A stretch of DNA of 64,000 nt, from contig NC_045696.1 in NCBI RefSeq assembly GCF_009834535.1, positions 80,912,001 through 80,976,000 on the forward strand, in the 5' to 3' direction. Of the stretch, positions 41,927 through 56,110 are shown in pieces (position 1 is the stretch's first letter; each line of letters opens with the position of its first letter). The position numbers were made by a program, and so were the translations under genes. Source of the DNA: Camelus ferus. Its lineage: Eukaryota. The notes beneath the pieces are model-generated. The model was not told where the DNA came from. It worked only from the letters and a program-made list of their open reading frames with translations, and searched no databases.

Positions 41927-44100
41927 TGATAAAATTCAAATAGAGCCTAAAATCATAAATGGTATGCCTAACACATGGCAAATGTGAAAGAACTAAAATA
42001 TTAGTCTCTCTTGTATACTCATTGCCTGTCATATGTATTTATGTAGAGAGAGAAAGTGCTTGTCTTCATTTATAAAATATATATACCCAATATATATGAC
42101 TATAAAAAGACTAATATTTTAGTTCTTTTATATATATTTTTATATATATTATAAATGGAGACAAGGACTTCACCATCAATATATAGATATGAATCCTTTA
42201 TGTATAAATTCATTTTTAAAGATAATTTAAAAATTACCTTGAAGCCACCAAATAGTTACTGAGCTTTGCTTCCTCTCTGCAGCATGTAGATAAAAGGAAG
42301 AAAATTAAATGCTTAAAATGGCACGGCTTGCATGTGTTGGTTTATGATTGTTTTAGGCAGCAATCCTTCAGCAAGGCTGGTAATAACAGTCCCTGCTACT
42401 AAGTGAAGCATGAAGGTTCTTTCCTGGCTCCTGGAATTTTAATTCTGTTTTCACAACCACCTCTCGGTTAAAATTTTAGGGAAAGTGGTAAGTCCCATTC
42501 TCAATATTCTGAAAAGCAGAGTTTCCATATTCACAGAGAAAGGCACATGAGGCTTCAGACTTGGAGAGTGGAGGATCATGAAGGGGGTTGAGAGCAGGTG
42601 GGCAGGTGCAGAGAGGTGGGGTAGAAAGTGATGGGAAGGCACCCCTGACGTTCTCTCTGGGCCACTTAGCCGTGAAGAGGAAGGGGATGGATACGGCGTG
42701 AATCCAGCTCCTAGTGACAAGCTCTGTGACCTGAGATACAGATGAGCCCTACTCAGGACCACAGCCTTCATTAAGTCGGAGCAAGGACTAACACCTGGAT
42801 ATCTTCTTGTAATAGCCTGTTTTTCAGAACTACCTATACTTTCATACCTCCGTAATCAAACCCTCTTGTGGGAAGGGACAGATGAGATCTTACCCAGAAC
42901 CCCCAGTGTGTAAAATAGATAAGCATGCAGGGCCTTGGTCAAATTGGGGATGGGGGCTTAGAAGCCCTCCTGCCTGGGGCCCCCTCCCTAGAGGCACCTC
43001 CGCAGGATCTGAGGGTCCTCCAGGCACAGTTTGAATGCACCATAGTGGTGGAAATCTTTTTTTTTTTTTTTAATCCTCTTGTTTCTTTCTGACTTTTTAA
43101 GTAAAGATATTTTGTTTCTTCTTGGGTAATTTTGCCTCATTACAGTATGGGGGAACTTTGTGCTTTGGTCTTTAAACTTGGATTGAAGATTTGCCCATTT
43201 CTAATATTATCTGATTTATAACATGACAAACAAACCTTTTCAAGTATTTAAGGCACTGACATAATGTTTAATTGGATTTTATCCACTTCATTTGCCATCC
43301 TAATATTATTTTTGGAATACTGTCAATTGTAATTCTTTTCTATGACTATTTTCTTGGGTTTGAACCAGTTAAATGAAATAACATGCTTGGCTCTTGCTCA
43401 GCATCCAAAACTATAACCTTTTATTATGCAAAAACATCTCTATTTGCTGGCATCATCTTTAATAATATCCGAATTTCCCAGGCATAACTGTATTTTTAAT
43501 TACTTCCATAGAGCAAGCAGATGGAGCTTAGAACTTTTTGTTTTATGAGTCTTTATAATTCGTCAACTACTGTCAGAGTCTTGAGAGACAAAATCCTTAG
43601 TAGAGTCGGTCATCTGAGACATATTTTTCACTTTTAAGAGGTTGGCTGACCTTACAGAGACAGCTCAGATAGTATGGTTTCTTTAATTCCAAAAGTACGC
43701 TTTTAAGTTTGCCCTTTTCACCTCTGAAAGCAATGTGATTCTGTAAGTATTCTTATCTTTTGTGGCGTTCTAAATTTATCTTTGCAGTTGCCGAATTTCC
43801 TAAGAAGGAGAGCTCATTCAGAAGCCATCTTTTAAAAATAACATCTCTTTCTGAAATCTAACATCAGTCTTACAACTTTTCAACTTGCCCACTTCAAAAC
43901 AACTACCTTGTCCTATCAGTAACATCACAAACGTGATATTCTTGGGGTTTTTTTGTTTTTAAAAATACCTATGTGGCATCTTCTTGTAGAAGCACTTGTT
44001 CTATTTTTACTTGGATTAAGACTATACCCCACAGATACTGCAATTGGGACTGGTTCCTTTGAAACCTCCGTAATTATTTATTTCCTTTACATATGTTCAG

Positions 44101-44150
44101 AACCATGTGCAGAGGAGAAAATTCCATCCTTGGACAGTTAAGAACAGAGC
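44101..44150 (+). CDS. PLD1: PLD1 coding exon (50 nt): TMCRGENSILGQLRTE(L)
   Basis: Acceptor ttcag|A and donor C|gtaagt. Phase 2 to 1, which links the neighbouring exons in frame. Confidence 0.95.
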
Positions 44151-45459
44151 GTAAGTAATTGCTTTTCTTTTCCTCCATGGTTGATTTTGGTGACATATCA
44201 GTAATTATTAATGTTTCTGCAGTGTGATTATAGAACTCTTCACAAAAGGTAGCCCACAAAATGCTTAACAGAAATAAACTAATTATTCTCAATAAATTGC
44301 GCAAGTATATATTTAAATGAAGACACTATGGCGTGAGATGCATAGGTGTTAAAAATGAGAGTGTTTTTACAACTTACTTTTATAATTTATTTCTATTTAT
44401 TTGTAATATTTGTTTTGATAAGAAGTGGGATTTGTAAGGCACTTCAAAATGAACCCCCACGTATCTTCTCCTGCGATCCTTCACCACGTCCTGGAAGTAA
44501 GCAGGACAGGCGTCCTCCCTGCACTAAAGATGAGGACACGGTCAACATGTATTCATGTGGCCTCCTATAAATGTAGAAGCCCCAGGGTTCTCACACACTG
44601 TCGTATTTAGGGAAGAAAACTGATCATGTAGCCATTTTGCCACCATAACACTTGATTAAATCTTTGAGGGTATTATACTGGAAGTAAAAAATAAGAAAAA
44701 AACCCAGTAATACTTTCTGCAATTCTTCATATTTTCAAAGGCACTTTCTCAGATATCTTCTTAATTCATCCTTCGGCATAGTTCTTAGCTACATTACATT
44801 GTAACTATGGGTTTATTGACCTATATCTCTGTGAACGTACTCTAAGTTTACCACATAGTAGGTGCCCAATAATTTTCTATACCCTGAACGGTAGATACAG
44901 AAGTTTCCACAAGACTAAGCTGGAGAAAGAACCCAAGTTGTCTGACCTCCAATTCAGATATGGTCCAGATTGTGAAAATTTGAAGACCACATTAAAAGAC
45001 TAGATTTTTATCCAGAAAAAGACAGTTAAGATGATGGAAGCCTCTGATCCCTGGATTGGAGTCATCAAAATGGTGTTTATGTGAGGATTCACTTACTGTT
45101 GGTAAGCAGAGTAGAGGGGGACTGGTGGCGGGTGAGAGATCATGGCACATTGGTAGCGGAAAAAAGGTCATGTATGAATAAAACTGGGAAGGAACATTTG
45201 AGGGGGTGTGGGAGCAGCAGAGTAAGAGAAATGTCAGATAATCCTAAGCATTTCAACCCAAGTGACTCGGAGAATGGGGCTGCCACAGAGGATTCTGAAA
45301 AAGTCAGGAGGAGCCATTGCAGTCACAGGATGCCGTGTGGTGTGGTGGTCACGGATGCTGTAAACCTCCACTGAGTTTTTTTGAAAATTTTATTTTACAC
45401 TAGTAGCCTCCTAAATGGGGTGCACTGGATGATGTATCAGAATGTGGAGAGAAAAAAAT

Positions 45460-45720
45460 TAGTTCTTCCGTGTATGTATATTTTTCCTTAAAAATAAAGA
45501 ATTAGGACATCGGCAGGAAAGGCATAGAAAATATCCTCCAAAATCCGCTTCTACATAAAAGCAACAAAACCTTAACAGAAGGTGCCCAAAATTAACTTCT
45601 CCAGAATTCTGGAAATTAACGAAAGGCTTGTAACAATAGGAGTGTTTATTCAAGAAAGACAGCATAATCTTGGTCAAAGTAGCAAGCCTTTTTATCTGCC
45701 ATATACCCATCCCCTTCAGA
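45460..45720 (+). mobile_element. Probable old L1M 5'-region remnant
   Basis: ccaaaattaacttctccagaattctggaaattaac..aaaggcttg..acaat..gtgtttattcaagaaa resembles ancient L1 5' ends as I recall them. Confidence 0.45.
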
Positions 45721-46943
45721 AAGAAATTTGGCCATAAGACATCTACATCACCAAGAATAAATACTTTCAAAAGTTGTATCTAATTGTATCCAGGACAGAG
45801 AAGGTTTTCCAGAGCATTATCCCGACCTTTATTTCCTGATGGCTTAAAATGAAGCTGATAGTGAGTGAATACGGCTCTAAAAGATTTATTGATAAAAACA
45901 AAATCAGCAAAGTCATTCAGTAATGATGGTGGCTAGTAAAAATGCAAAGGTGGGGTTATAGGAGAATAAAAAGCCAGAACAAACTTATTATTTAGTTTCT
46001 CAACTGTAAAATTGTCCTGAGCTTATTAGAAAGCATTTCCTTTGGCTCTGAACCCTTTTCCTGCCTTTGCCTATTCAGGGGAGAAATTGGATTTTAACAC
46101 GAGAAGTAATTTCAGTGTTAAGCCCTCTTACGAAAGGATTTCCAAGTACCCTGGGAACAAGTCAAAATCAGGCATCTCAGTGGGGAAAATGTTCATACTC
46201 TAAACGTGGAAGAACAGATTAATTACATACTGCCCCCTTTTGAGATACTATGTTGTATTGTTGGTTTTGTTTTTATAAATGTGTAGTGGGTTTTAAATAT
46301 ATGAACTAACTGATCTCTAATTGGATAGAGAACTATATAGTTCTCTACTGTTTCAATTCTTTAGAAATAACAAAAACGCTGCTATGAACATGTTGAAGTT
46401 CCTGAAAAGAAAACCAGCTGCGATTAGGATATAATTTTCTGATACTCCAGTCTTCGGGGCTTTCGTGTTTAATTTAAAGCATTTCTTTATCATTTTTATA
46501 ATTTTTGAGAATTATGGCCTGTTAGCAGCCAATTTTGTGTAATTTAACACAAAGTCCAGAGGTATTCAATCAGGGTTAGAAATGTACGTCCAGGAAGTGC
46601 TCCTTTAAGTCACAAAAGCCTGTGACAGCTCTGCAAGTCCTGTCACCACATTTCCTTATAAACAGCGAGTCTGTCATATGGAAGTTCTCATCTTTCAAGG
46701 CATATGTGTACCACCGCTCACGACAGATATGTCCTAGGGACCTATATAAGCCTCCAGCTTCTCAAATGCCCCATGACATGTAATCTGGAACCCTTACGAT
46801 ACTCCTCTGTCTACTGCTTCTTATTAATAGCTGCACATGCTCCTGACTTTCTCATATTTTCTTCAAAGGCAGGTGTTTCAGTATAGCCTCATGCCACAAG
46901 TTATCACCAACTTTGTATTCATTACTTGTTGAGCCAGTAAGTA

Positions 46944-47295
46944 CAGTCAGCCCTCTGTATCTGCAGATTCCACATCCACACATTCAACCCACCACAGACC
47001 GAAAATCTTTGAAAAGAAAAAAGAATTCCAGGAAGTTCTGAAAGACAGAACTTGAACTTGCCAGAGCAGACAACTGTTTTCATAGCATTTACACTGCACT
47101 TACAACTATTTGTGTAGATTTGCACTGCTTTAGGGATTATAAGCAATCCAGAGACGATTTAAAGTGTGGGGGAGGATGTGCCTAGATCATATGCAAAGAT
47201 TACACCATTTTTATATAAGGGACATGAGCATCAGTGGATTTTGTTATCTGATGGGGTCCTGAAATCAGTACCCCGGGGACACTGAGGGACGGCTG
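46944..47295 (-). mobile_element. MER2-like Tigger (TcMar) non-autonomous DNA transposon
   Basis: Terminal inverted repeats cagtcagccctc / gagggacggctg with a TA target duplication at 46942 and 47296. About 350 bp. Confidence 0.85.
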
Positions 47296-47719
47296 TACTG
47301 GCCGAAGAAGTTTCTGAATTTTCTTCTCTCCAGAGTGTGCAGTGGGTCCATTCACCTCATAGATGGGCACCTACAGTGCACTTTACAGGCCACAGTCATC
47401 CTAAATTTTCTCTTTTCTGGCTTGGAACCCTTATCTTTCCTTTGGCCCCTGTTTCTGGTACTAACCCTTAGCTTTCTTCTTAAAGGCATTTTTCATAAAG
47501 AAATGTTTTTTATTGCTTCATAAGAGTAATTTTGTAGCAAGGGTGAAGGGCACTAGGTACCGGCTGTGGGCTGTGAGGCTCGCCTGCTAACTGATGTGTT
47601 GCTGAGTCTCTCCAGACCTGCTGTGGGATGCCCCAAATCTGTGCCCTAGGAAATGACAGATTATTACATTTTAAGTCTTCAGGCTGCTAACAGCCAGTCA
47701 GTAGCATTAACCTTTTAAA

Positions 47720-50700
47720 AATATATTTTTAAATAATTTCAGACTTATGGAAGAATTTCCCGAACTGCCATGTACCCTTCATCCTGATTTCCCAACTGTT
47801 AACATTTTACCTTCTTTGCAATCTTTTTTTTTTTTTTTTTGCAAAACTTTCATGATCTTGATATTTTTTAAGAGGTACAGTTATTTTGTAAAAAAGCCCT
47901 CAATCTGGGTGTATCTGTTGTTTCCTCATAGTTAGACTCAGGTTATGCATTTTCAGCAGGAATATCTCAGAAGTGATGTGTTTTCAAGCACCATGTCAGG
48001 AGGAACACGATGTTGATTTGCCCTATTACTTGTTATATTAACTTTGATCCCTTAAGGAAGGTGGTATCTGCCAGGTTTCTCCACTATCAAATTACCATTT
48101 TCCCCTTTGTAATTAAATATTTTGTGGGAAAACACTTTGAGTCTATACAGTAAATATCCTGCTTCTTATCAAACATTCACCCCTGGTTTTAGGATATGTT
48201 ACTGATTCTTCCCACATCAATTATTACTACTACGATTCAATTATTATTCCTGTGATAGTTGCCAAACATTGATGTTTTAGTTCCATCCCTTCTTCTATGT
48301 TTATTACTTTCTTCTAAATTTCTTAACTGGAATTCTACTGTAAGACAGTTTTCCTTCTTCTCCACGTATGTGTTTATTCCTGTATGGACCTCTGGATTCT
48401 TATGTTGTTCAGTGGGTTATAATTTTGATGTTCAGTGAGGGCCTTTTTAAGCTTGCTCCCATGTGCTTTTGACGTGTCCTCATCAGCTTTTCTTTCTTAC
48501 AAGCACAGCAAGAACCTGACTCATCTCATACATTCCCAGAACTAGCCCTGGAATCAATCGTTTCTCCAAGGAACTGAGGTTCTTTTAGTGGAAAATGGCA
48601 TTTACAAACCAAATTCTGGGTACAAGATATGATCATTACTACTGGGATATCACTGTTTGGGCCTTTTGCGTGCACATTGTCTATCCGTCTGTCTATCTTC
48701 CATACCTATCCATCCATCCATCTTCATACTGATACCTACATTTCCAGTCCCACACCACAGGATTCCTTCTTACTCTCTTTCTATTTTTATGACTTCTTTC
48801 TCTCACAGTGAGAAATCTGGCTTCTGTTACCTATTTTATATATATAATATGTATATATATTCCCTCAATCTTATAATACATAGAAAATAATTTCAGAATT
48901 GCTAGCCCATGCTACTATGAAAAATAAATCTCACTAGAATTCAGTATTTAGTTTACAGTTCTTTTTGTCTTTAGCCTACCCTCATGGTATATACTCAAAA
49001 GTCAGTGTTCAAAATTTACTTGGATTTTGTTATTAATATGAAATACAGATAGGTTCATTTGCATCGGTCTGTATTTCTTTTTAGGCTTTTTTCTATCTTT
49101 TTTGATTTTTTGAGTGTGTGCAGTAAACTTCCAATAGTCAGAACTATACAAAAGCCATACTTAGGTAAGTGTCACTGCCCTAAACAGCCTTTCAGTTTCT
49201 TCCCCACCCATCTTTTCCACCCTGTCCCACTGGTAACCAATTTTGTCAGTTTCTAAATTATTCTCGCTGTGTTTCTTTTTGTACAAATGAGCAGATATAT
49301 ATATATTTTCCTATTTCTCCCAGTCTCTTTCGTAAAAACAGCATACCACATATTCTCTTGTGCATTTGCTTTTTTTCATGTAACATTTTGTCCTGGAAAT
49401 CACTCCATATCAGTTCATAGAGATCTTCATTCCTTTGCACAGTCTTCCATGTATAGATTTGCTGTAGTTAATTCAGTCATTCTCCTCTGTATGGGCATTT
49501 AGGTTGTTTTCAGTATTTTTCAATTGTAATTATGCCATGAATAACTTTGTGCATATGTGTTGATATTTGTTGGAAGTGTATATTTAGGATAAATTTCTAG
49601 ACTGGGAGTGCTTTGTCAGTAGGTAAATACATAGGTAGTTTTGTTAGATATTGCCAAACTACCTCCCAACCGAAAAACAGTTTGCACCAATTTGCATTCT
49701 TACCACCGATGAAAGAGAGTGCTTGCTCCAAGCACTCTCTTTTTGGACAATCTCATTGATTAAAAAATGGTTTCTCAGTATAGTCTTAGTTTGCATTTCT
49801 CTTATTAGGATTGAGGATAAATATCTTTTCAAACTGGTTTTTTTGGTGTGTGTGAATTGTCTGTTCATGTCTTTTGCCCATTTTTCTGTCTAGATTTTGA
49901 TCTTTTTCTCAATTCAGTTATTGACTTCTTTATATGTTAGGACTCTCAGCTTTTTATCTATAACATATACTGCAAATACTTTCTCCCTCTTTGTCATTTG
50001 TCTTTTGTTTTTGCTTGTGATGTTTTGTGTCATGCAAATATGGTTTTTAAAAATTTGGCCAACATTAGTGATCTTTTCTTTTGTTGCCTCTAGATAGTTA
50101 CAAGCCTTCCCTACACTCAGGTTACCAGGAATTAACCCTGTTTTCTTCTAACACTTGTATGGCTTCATATGATTACAGTTTATCTCTGATTTATTTGGAG
50201 TTTAGTCTTATGATTGCTGGGAGGAATGTATGTAATTTTTATCTTTTTTCAAATGGCTATGTAATTTTGCTAGCCCCTTTTATTTAAAAGTCCTAGTCCT
50301 AGTCATTTGAGAGGCCACCTTTATCATATGCAAAATTTCCATACTTATTTGGGTCTGTTTCTGGACTTGCTATTCCATTCACTGATTTGGCTCTCTATGT
50401 ACCAGTTCTGCACTGTTTTATACAGACTTTACAGTATATGCTAGTATCAGATAGGGCTAATGCCCCCTCATAACCTTTCTTTTCCAATTTTTTTCGTATT
50501 CATTCTTAGATGTTTATTTTTCCATATGAACTGTAATGTTAGGTTTTCTAGTTCCATAAAAACTTGTTGGTGTTTCTACTGAGATTACATTAAATATATA
50601 AAATAACACTGGGAGAGTTGGCATCTTTTTAATGAATTGCCCTATCCCAGAACAAAGGATGTCTTTTTATTTGTTGAAGTCTATTCTTGTGTCTTTTGAT

Positions 50701-51340
50701 AGCCTTTTAAATTTTTCTTCATAATGCTTTTGCACATTTATTGATGTTATTCTTTAAGTGTTTTATCTTCTTTGTTGCCATTGTAAATGAGATTTTGTGA
50801 TTATATCCTCTAAATGGTTATTGTTTGTACATGAAGGCTATTAATTTCTATATGCTAATTTCTATCCTGTCACCATACTTAATTCTCCTATTGTTTGAGA
50901 CAGGTTTATCTGTCATTCCCTGAGTATACTATCATATAATCTGCAAGTGGAAGTGGTTTTACTTCTTATGTGATTTTTCTTGTCTAAATGCATTGACTGA
51001 TACTTCCAAGGAGATGTTAAATAGTATTGAAGATATTATAGACACACATATATACATATACATTATACATATATAATACATGTATTATGTATTTTTAGCA
51101 TATTAAAGTATTCATCATTTCCTGCTTTCTTCATTGTATTTATCAGGGATAGTTGCTGAATTGTGTCAAAAGCTTTTCAGCATCTATTGAGATATCCCTT
51201 ATGATATTTCTCCCTAGATCAATCAATATTGTGTTTCATATTAATAGATTTTCTTCATATTGAGCAAACTTGGACCCCTGGAGTGTGTGCAAGGACTCAC
51301 ATGGTCATGATGCATTATTTTCTGAATGTGTACCACTGAT
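47720..51340 (-). mobile_element. Long tract of old antisense L1 (L1MC/MD/ME-like), probably several nested fragments
   Basis: T-rich, with repeated antisense L1 3'UTR and ORF2 motifs (ttgcatttctcttatt, ttttccatatgaact, ataatctgcaa). Boundaries are approximate. Confidence 0.75.
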
Positions 51341-51369
51341 CTTAAATCTGTAAATACCAAGGCTCAATG

Positions 51370-51520
51370 ACAGTGTCACTCAAAGAATGATATCCCCTAA
51401 GGCACTTATTGAATTACAGATTTCTACTGAATCGGAATCTGTGGGAAGTGTCCCCAGATTCTGCTTCTGACAGGTCCTCACAGAGGCAATTCTTACGCAT
51501 TCTGAGAACCACTGGTCTAC
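51370..51520. mobile_element. MER5-like hAT element
   Basis: ctactgaatcggaatct..tgagaaccactggtcta. Confidence 0.55.
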
Positions 51521-53161
51521 TATATGTTCAGTGTAGTTTTTTATGGACATTACTGTAAATTTTTATTTATTTTAGCAAAAGATTTGCTCTATGATTCCTT
51601 TAAAAAGATGTTTTATGTCTTAAAATTTTAGATCATGAACCAGCTGCTGGAAAATAGATGATACAGAGAAACCAAAAGCTAAAATATTAGCTGCCACCTG
51701 AATATTCTATCCATTCATCTATTCACCCATTTATTCACCTTTTTTTTTTTTTTAGCATTGTGCAAGGATTGAAGACACAAAGATGTATAAGACTTTCATG
51801 ACAGTAGGAGAAATGAAGGATTAAATAAATATTTGTAAAATAATATATTGGGCATTATATTAGAAACATTTTCCAGGAATTTTATGGACATGAAGGACTT
51901 AAAAGAGGAAATGCTCCTTTCTCCTGAATCAGGGAAGACTTTAAAGAGGAGGCAATGCTTTAGGTGAAGGCCTCTTTCCAATATAACATTATCAAATGGA
52001 GAAGATACTGATTTGCAAAAATCTCATGTACATGAAACTTTTGAGAAATGCATCTCTTACACATGCTGTACTAGTGCAGCAACACGTCAACTTTTGGCCA
52101 AGACAGTTACAAGATCATATATATATGAGGGGTTGTCTGTAAATGGAGGAACCTCTGTGTATAACCTCTAAACACATTTCACTCCAAAATACCTAAATTT
52201 GATAGATACACTGAGTAACATCAACAGTAAAATAGGGAGCATCAGTAATACATGGAAACCTCAGAAAGTGACACATTGAACTACTATGGGTTCTATTAGT
52301 ATGCTTCAGATTCTCTTTAAAATTTTATATTCTCTTCCTATTAGAATCTGTGATGGTTTGGTTCTACTCCATTTATTCTTAGTATCAGACTTTGCTTATC
52401 CAGGAGAACTGCTGTGTGGGAGAGGGACCATAAACCAACACTCATGCCAGGGTAATGATTATGGGTTGGTTTGAAATGGTCTGCATTTCTTCTTGCCACA
52501 TAAATGACCCTCACATGATGAGAGGACATTTTTAAGTACAAACCTGGTACCGCTTGCTCTGAAAAAAGTTCCCCAAAGTCAAATCTATGCAGGATTCTTT
52601 CACTCCCTAATTTTAATGATTTAGAAGAAGCGTTATTTAATTTCCAACGTTTTTATTTACACGAAGTCTGTAAAATTTAACTGCTGCTTTGTGCTGAATA
52701 TGCTACAAACTGTGTTCATCAGGTAGTTTGGGCTCCCATCTGGTAGCAGGGGTCATCCAAGACAGATGTAAGTGTCACACTGGAATCTTGGGTTATCTAC
52801 TGCGACTACACGTTAATTATCACTCTTGAGGAGTTACTCACCAAGCCATCAAAATAAAATATTCATATTTGAATTTATTTTTCGATTGCCTCAGCAAAGG
52901 GAGTTCATAGAAATCACATCAGTATGATTTTTGAAAATCGTATACCCATCCGTGTTAACGGTATAACCCTCTTCAGAAAGCAAAAATAGATTCTAGGTGT
53001 ATTCTGAAACTATACACACATACAAACACACACACATATTATACAGTCTATTCTTAACAACCTGTTTAAGTAGTATATTTGTTTTGAAAGACAGTAAAAT
53101 TTCAAGTGCCTTTATTGAGCGTGGTCATATTAATTTTAGTGATTTCTTGTTCAACTTACAG

Positions 53162-53296
53162 TTGGCAATCAGTGGATAAATTACATATCCTTCTGTGGTC
53201 TTAGAACACATGCAGAGCTGGAAGGAAACCTGGTCACCGAGCTCATCTATGTCCACAGCAAGTTGCTAATTGCTGATGACAACACTGTTATTATTG
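53162..53296 (+). CDS. PLD1: PLD1 coding exon (135 nt) with the second HKD motif HSKLLIAD (53254-53277)
   Basis: Acceptor ttacag|TT and donor G|gtaagt. Translates [44 protein letters not shown](G). Confidence 0.98.
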
Positions 53297-54459
53297 GTAA
53301 GTACTTGGTCTCTGTGTTCCTTGCTAGTTGACTTACCTCATGCAAAAATCTTTCTATCCATTCCTCTGAAACTTCTTTTGCAGTTGAGAGGGACAGACAT
53401 ACAATATCTTAAACATTTCTGAAGCAATCTTTTTCACTTACGTCCTTTCTAATCCCTGTTTTTATCTATGAAGTAACAGAGGCACAGAGCAATTAAATGG
53501 CCATTGTGCAAATGAGTGTCCAGAGACAGTGGTTTAACCCAGCAGTGCAGTAATCGGTCTGCTCTCATTAATTCTTTATCATTCCCTTATTTTTATTTTG
53601 AATCCAAGTACCTAGACCTCGGGGATTGGAGCAGGGAGAAGTGGGGTGGGAAATGTGTCACAAATGAGTACCACACCACATCCACCTGACCATTACCACA
53701 GAACTGAAGTTTTACAAGAGTCAGGATTGGAACGATATTAAAATATTGCTGCCCCTATGCTTACCATTTTTTCCCAGAGTCGATGTTTTGGATGTTATTA
53801 ATCAGGGTGCAGAGCAGACCGGCTTTGCTGGTGTCAGGGGGTGAGGTGGAAGTTGTGTGGTAATGAGATGATGTACTTCTAGACTAAGGTCAGCAGTCTG
53901 TTCCTGAAGGCCTCTCCCCACTGCCAGGTTCCAGAGAGAGTTACCGTTGTACATTCTACCCAGCTTAGATCACCTGGACCAGAGGGGCGGATTTTCAGCC
54001 TCATTCTTTTATACACATGGAAAGCTTCATTTTCCCATCATTGAATTGTTTTGCCTTCTAACATCACGTTACACGGACACTGAACGGCCAGGATGAGAAA
54101 CAGAATATTCATAACCAGCCAGATCAATGAATTGACAAAGGGGCAGAATGTTACTTAGAGAGATGATGTGTTCCACTGTTGGGAACTCTGTTCATCCGTT
54201 TTAAATAAAATGTAGTTTCTCAGCTATCATAAGATACTTACCTATTCTTTAAGAAACTAAATGTCATGGAGTACTTTGAAAATTTTTGGCAGTAAATATG
54301 CCTTTTCCATCTCTCTCCTCCACTAAGAAAAGAAGAAAGTCTCATTTCTAGGAGTCATGAGACTGTCTTATCTGGAACATGATTTGAAAAGAAAGAAAAA
54401 GTTGTTCTGAAGCCAGAAAATGTATGGACCACAGCGTGGTGATACATACATATACATGT

Positions 54460-54460
54460 A

Positions 54461-54493
<33 letters not shown>

Positions 54494-54504
54494 ACACACA
54501 CACA
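54460..54504. repeat. (CA)n microsatellite, one interruption
   Basis: Seen directly in sequence. Confidence 0.95.
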
Positions 54505-54949
54505 TATTCTTTTAATACTTACTCAGGGCATTTTGAAAAATATCTTATGCCTTCAATCTCTTGCTCTATAGGGATCAAAGCTCTTTAAGGATTTATTTCC
54601 ACCCCCCGACTTCCCGTAGTAAATAACTTTTCTCTTATTTCCCATGAGCTGTTCTGTTCTTGCTCTTCACAAGCCCATCTCAGAATATTTTTATATTAAA
54701 CTTGGCCGTGACGGTAAGGAAAGGAAAAATATTGACGTTTGCTGAAATGCAAAAACAAACAAACAAAAGTCAAATAAACTCCAGTTGGTCTTTTCAGCAC
54801 AATTTCAGAACTCTTGAGGTAAAAATTGACAGACGTAAATATTTTCCTTTTAAAGGTCATTTTGACTTTCAGCCTGATTTATTTTACATCAAGTATAAAT
54901 GCAAAGTAGTCTTCAGTAGCTGAGCTAACACTTAAATAGGTTTGGAGAG

Positions 54950-55095
54950 GTTTTTTTTTTTAACATTTTTTATTGATTTATAATCATTTTACAATGTTGT
55001 GTCAAATTCCAGTGTAGAGCACAAATTTTTCAGTTACACATGAACATATATATATTCATCATCACATTTTTTTCTCTGTGAGCTACCATAAGATC
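54950..55095 (-). mobile_element. Young, 5'-truncated L1 3' end, antisense
   Basis: Poly-T followed by aacattttttattgatttataatcattttacaatgttgtgtcaaattccagtgtagagc, typical of an artiodactyl L1 3' terminus. Confidence 0.7.
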
Positions 55096-55833
55096 CCAGT
55101 GCTCTGGGAAGCCCCAGACGGGCCCTGGAAGTACAGGAATGACCCCCTCTCTCTTAAGAATTCCAGCTCAGAATGCCATAATGCGTTCCTCCCCTGGTGA
55201 GTGTGGGGCCCACCGTAGTGGGTGGGAGCCTGGGGGACTGCTGTGAAAGTAAGAGTGTATGCGAGGCTTTCCAGGGGGCTCACATCCCCTGTTTCCCTGG
55301 CAGTGAAGAGCAACGATGTCCTCCCAGTCCAGCAGCCCTCCAGCCCAAGAGCGGCCTCTGCCGGGGCCCTGAGGTAGTGATGTCCCAAAGCAAAACCGTG
55401 GGGTCATTATTCCTCGCCCCTGATAGTTCACATTCTTGGGTGAGGGGCATTCACCCAGAGAAGAGGATTCTTTGATACAAAGGCTACGTGCCAGCAAATC
55501 GTTCCTTCCCATGGCAGTGTTCTCTGGTGCAGATATTATCGAGGTGAGAAGTATTGGATAATAATGCCAATAATAGTTTAGCATTGTGGAGCAGTTTATA
55601 GGTCAGAAAGTGCTTTCACATCCTGACTTGTATGTGAAACCCTACCAGGTGTGTCTTACAATCACAATTTATAACAGATCAAATTAAAGCTGAGAAAGAT
55701 TAAATGACTTTGCCCAAATTAATACTGGACCCAATGTGAGGTCCAAAGACATGGCTGCAGATTTTACAGCATCATTATTAACATGTAAGTGTACGTATAA
55801 AGGATGATTTCTTGCTAACAAAACGAGGTGTTT

Positions 55834-56110
55834 CACAAATAGTAAACAAACTTATGGTTACCAGGGTGAAAGGGGGTGGGAAGGAATGAATTGGGGGTTT
55901 GAGATTTGCAAATACTAACTAAATGTAAAATACATTAAAAAAACAAATTTCTTCTGTATAGCACAGGGAATTATATTCAGTATCTTGTAGTAACCTGTAA
56001 TGAAAAAGAATATGAAAATGAACATATGTATGTATACGTATGACTGAAACATTATGTTGTACACAAGGAATTGACACATTGTAACTGACCATACTTCAAT
56101 TTTTTTTTTA
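55834..56110 (+). mobile_element. Artiodactyl-type L1 3' end
   Basis: aacaaacttatggttacca..ctgtatagcacagggaa..tatattca..tatcttgta..acattgtaactgac..tacttcaat. Flanked by gtgtttca on both sides. Confidence 0.8.
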
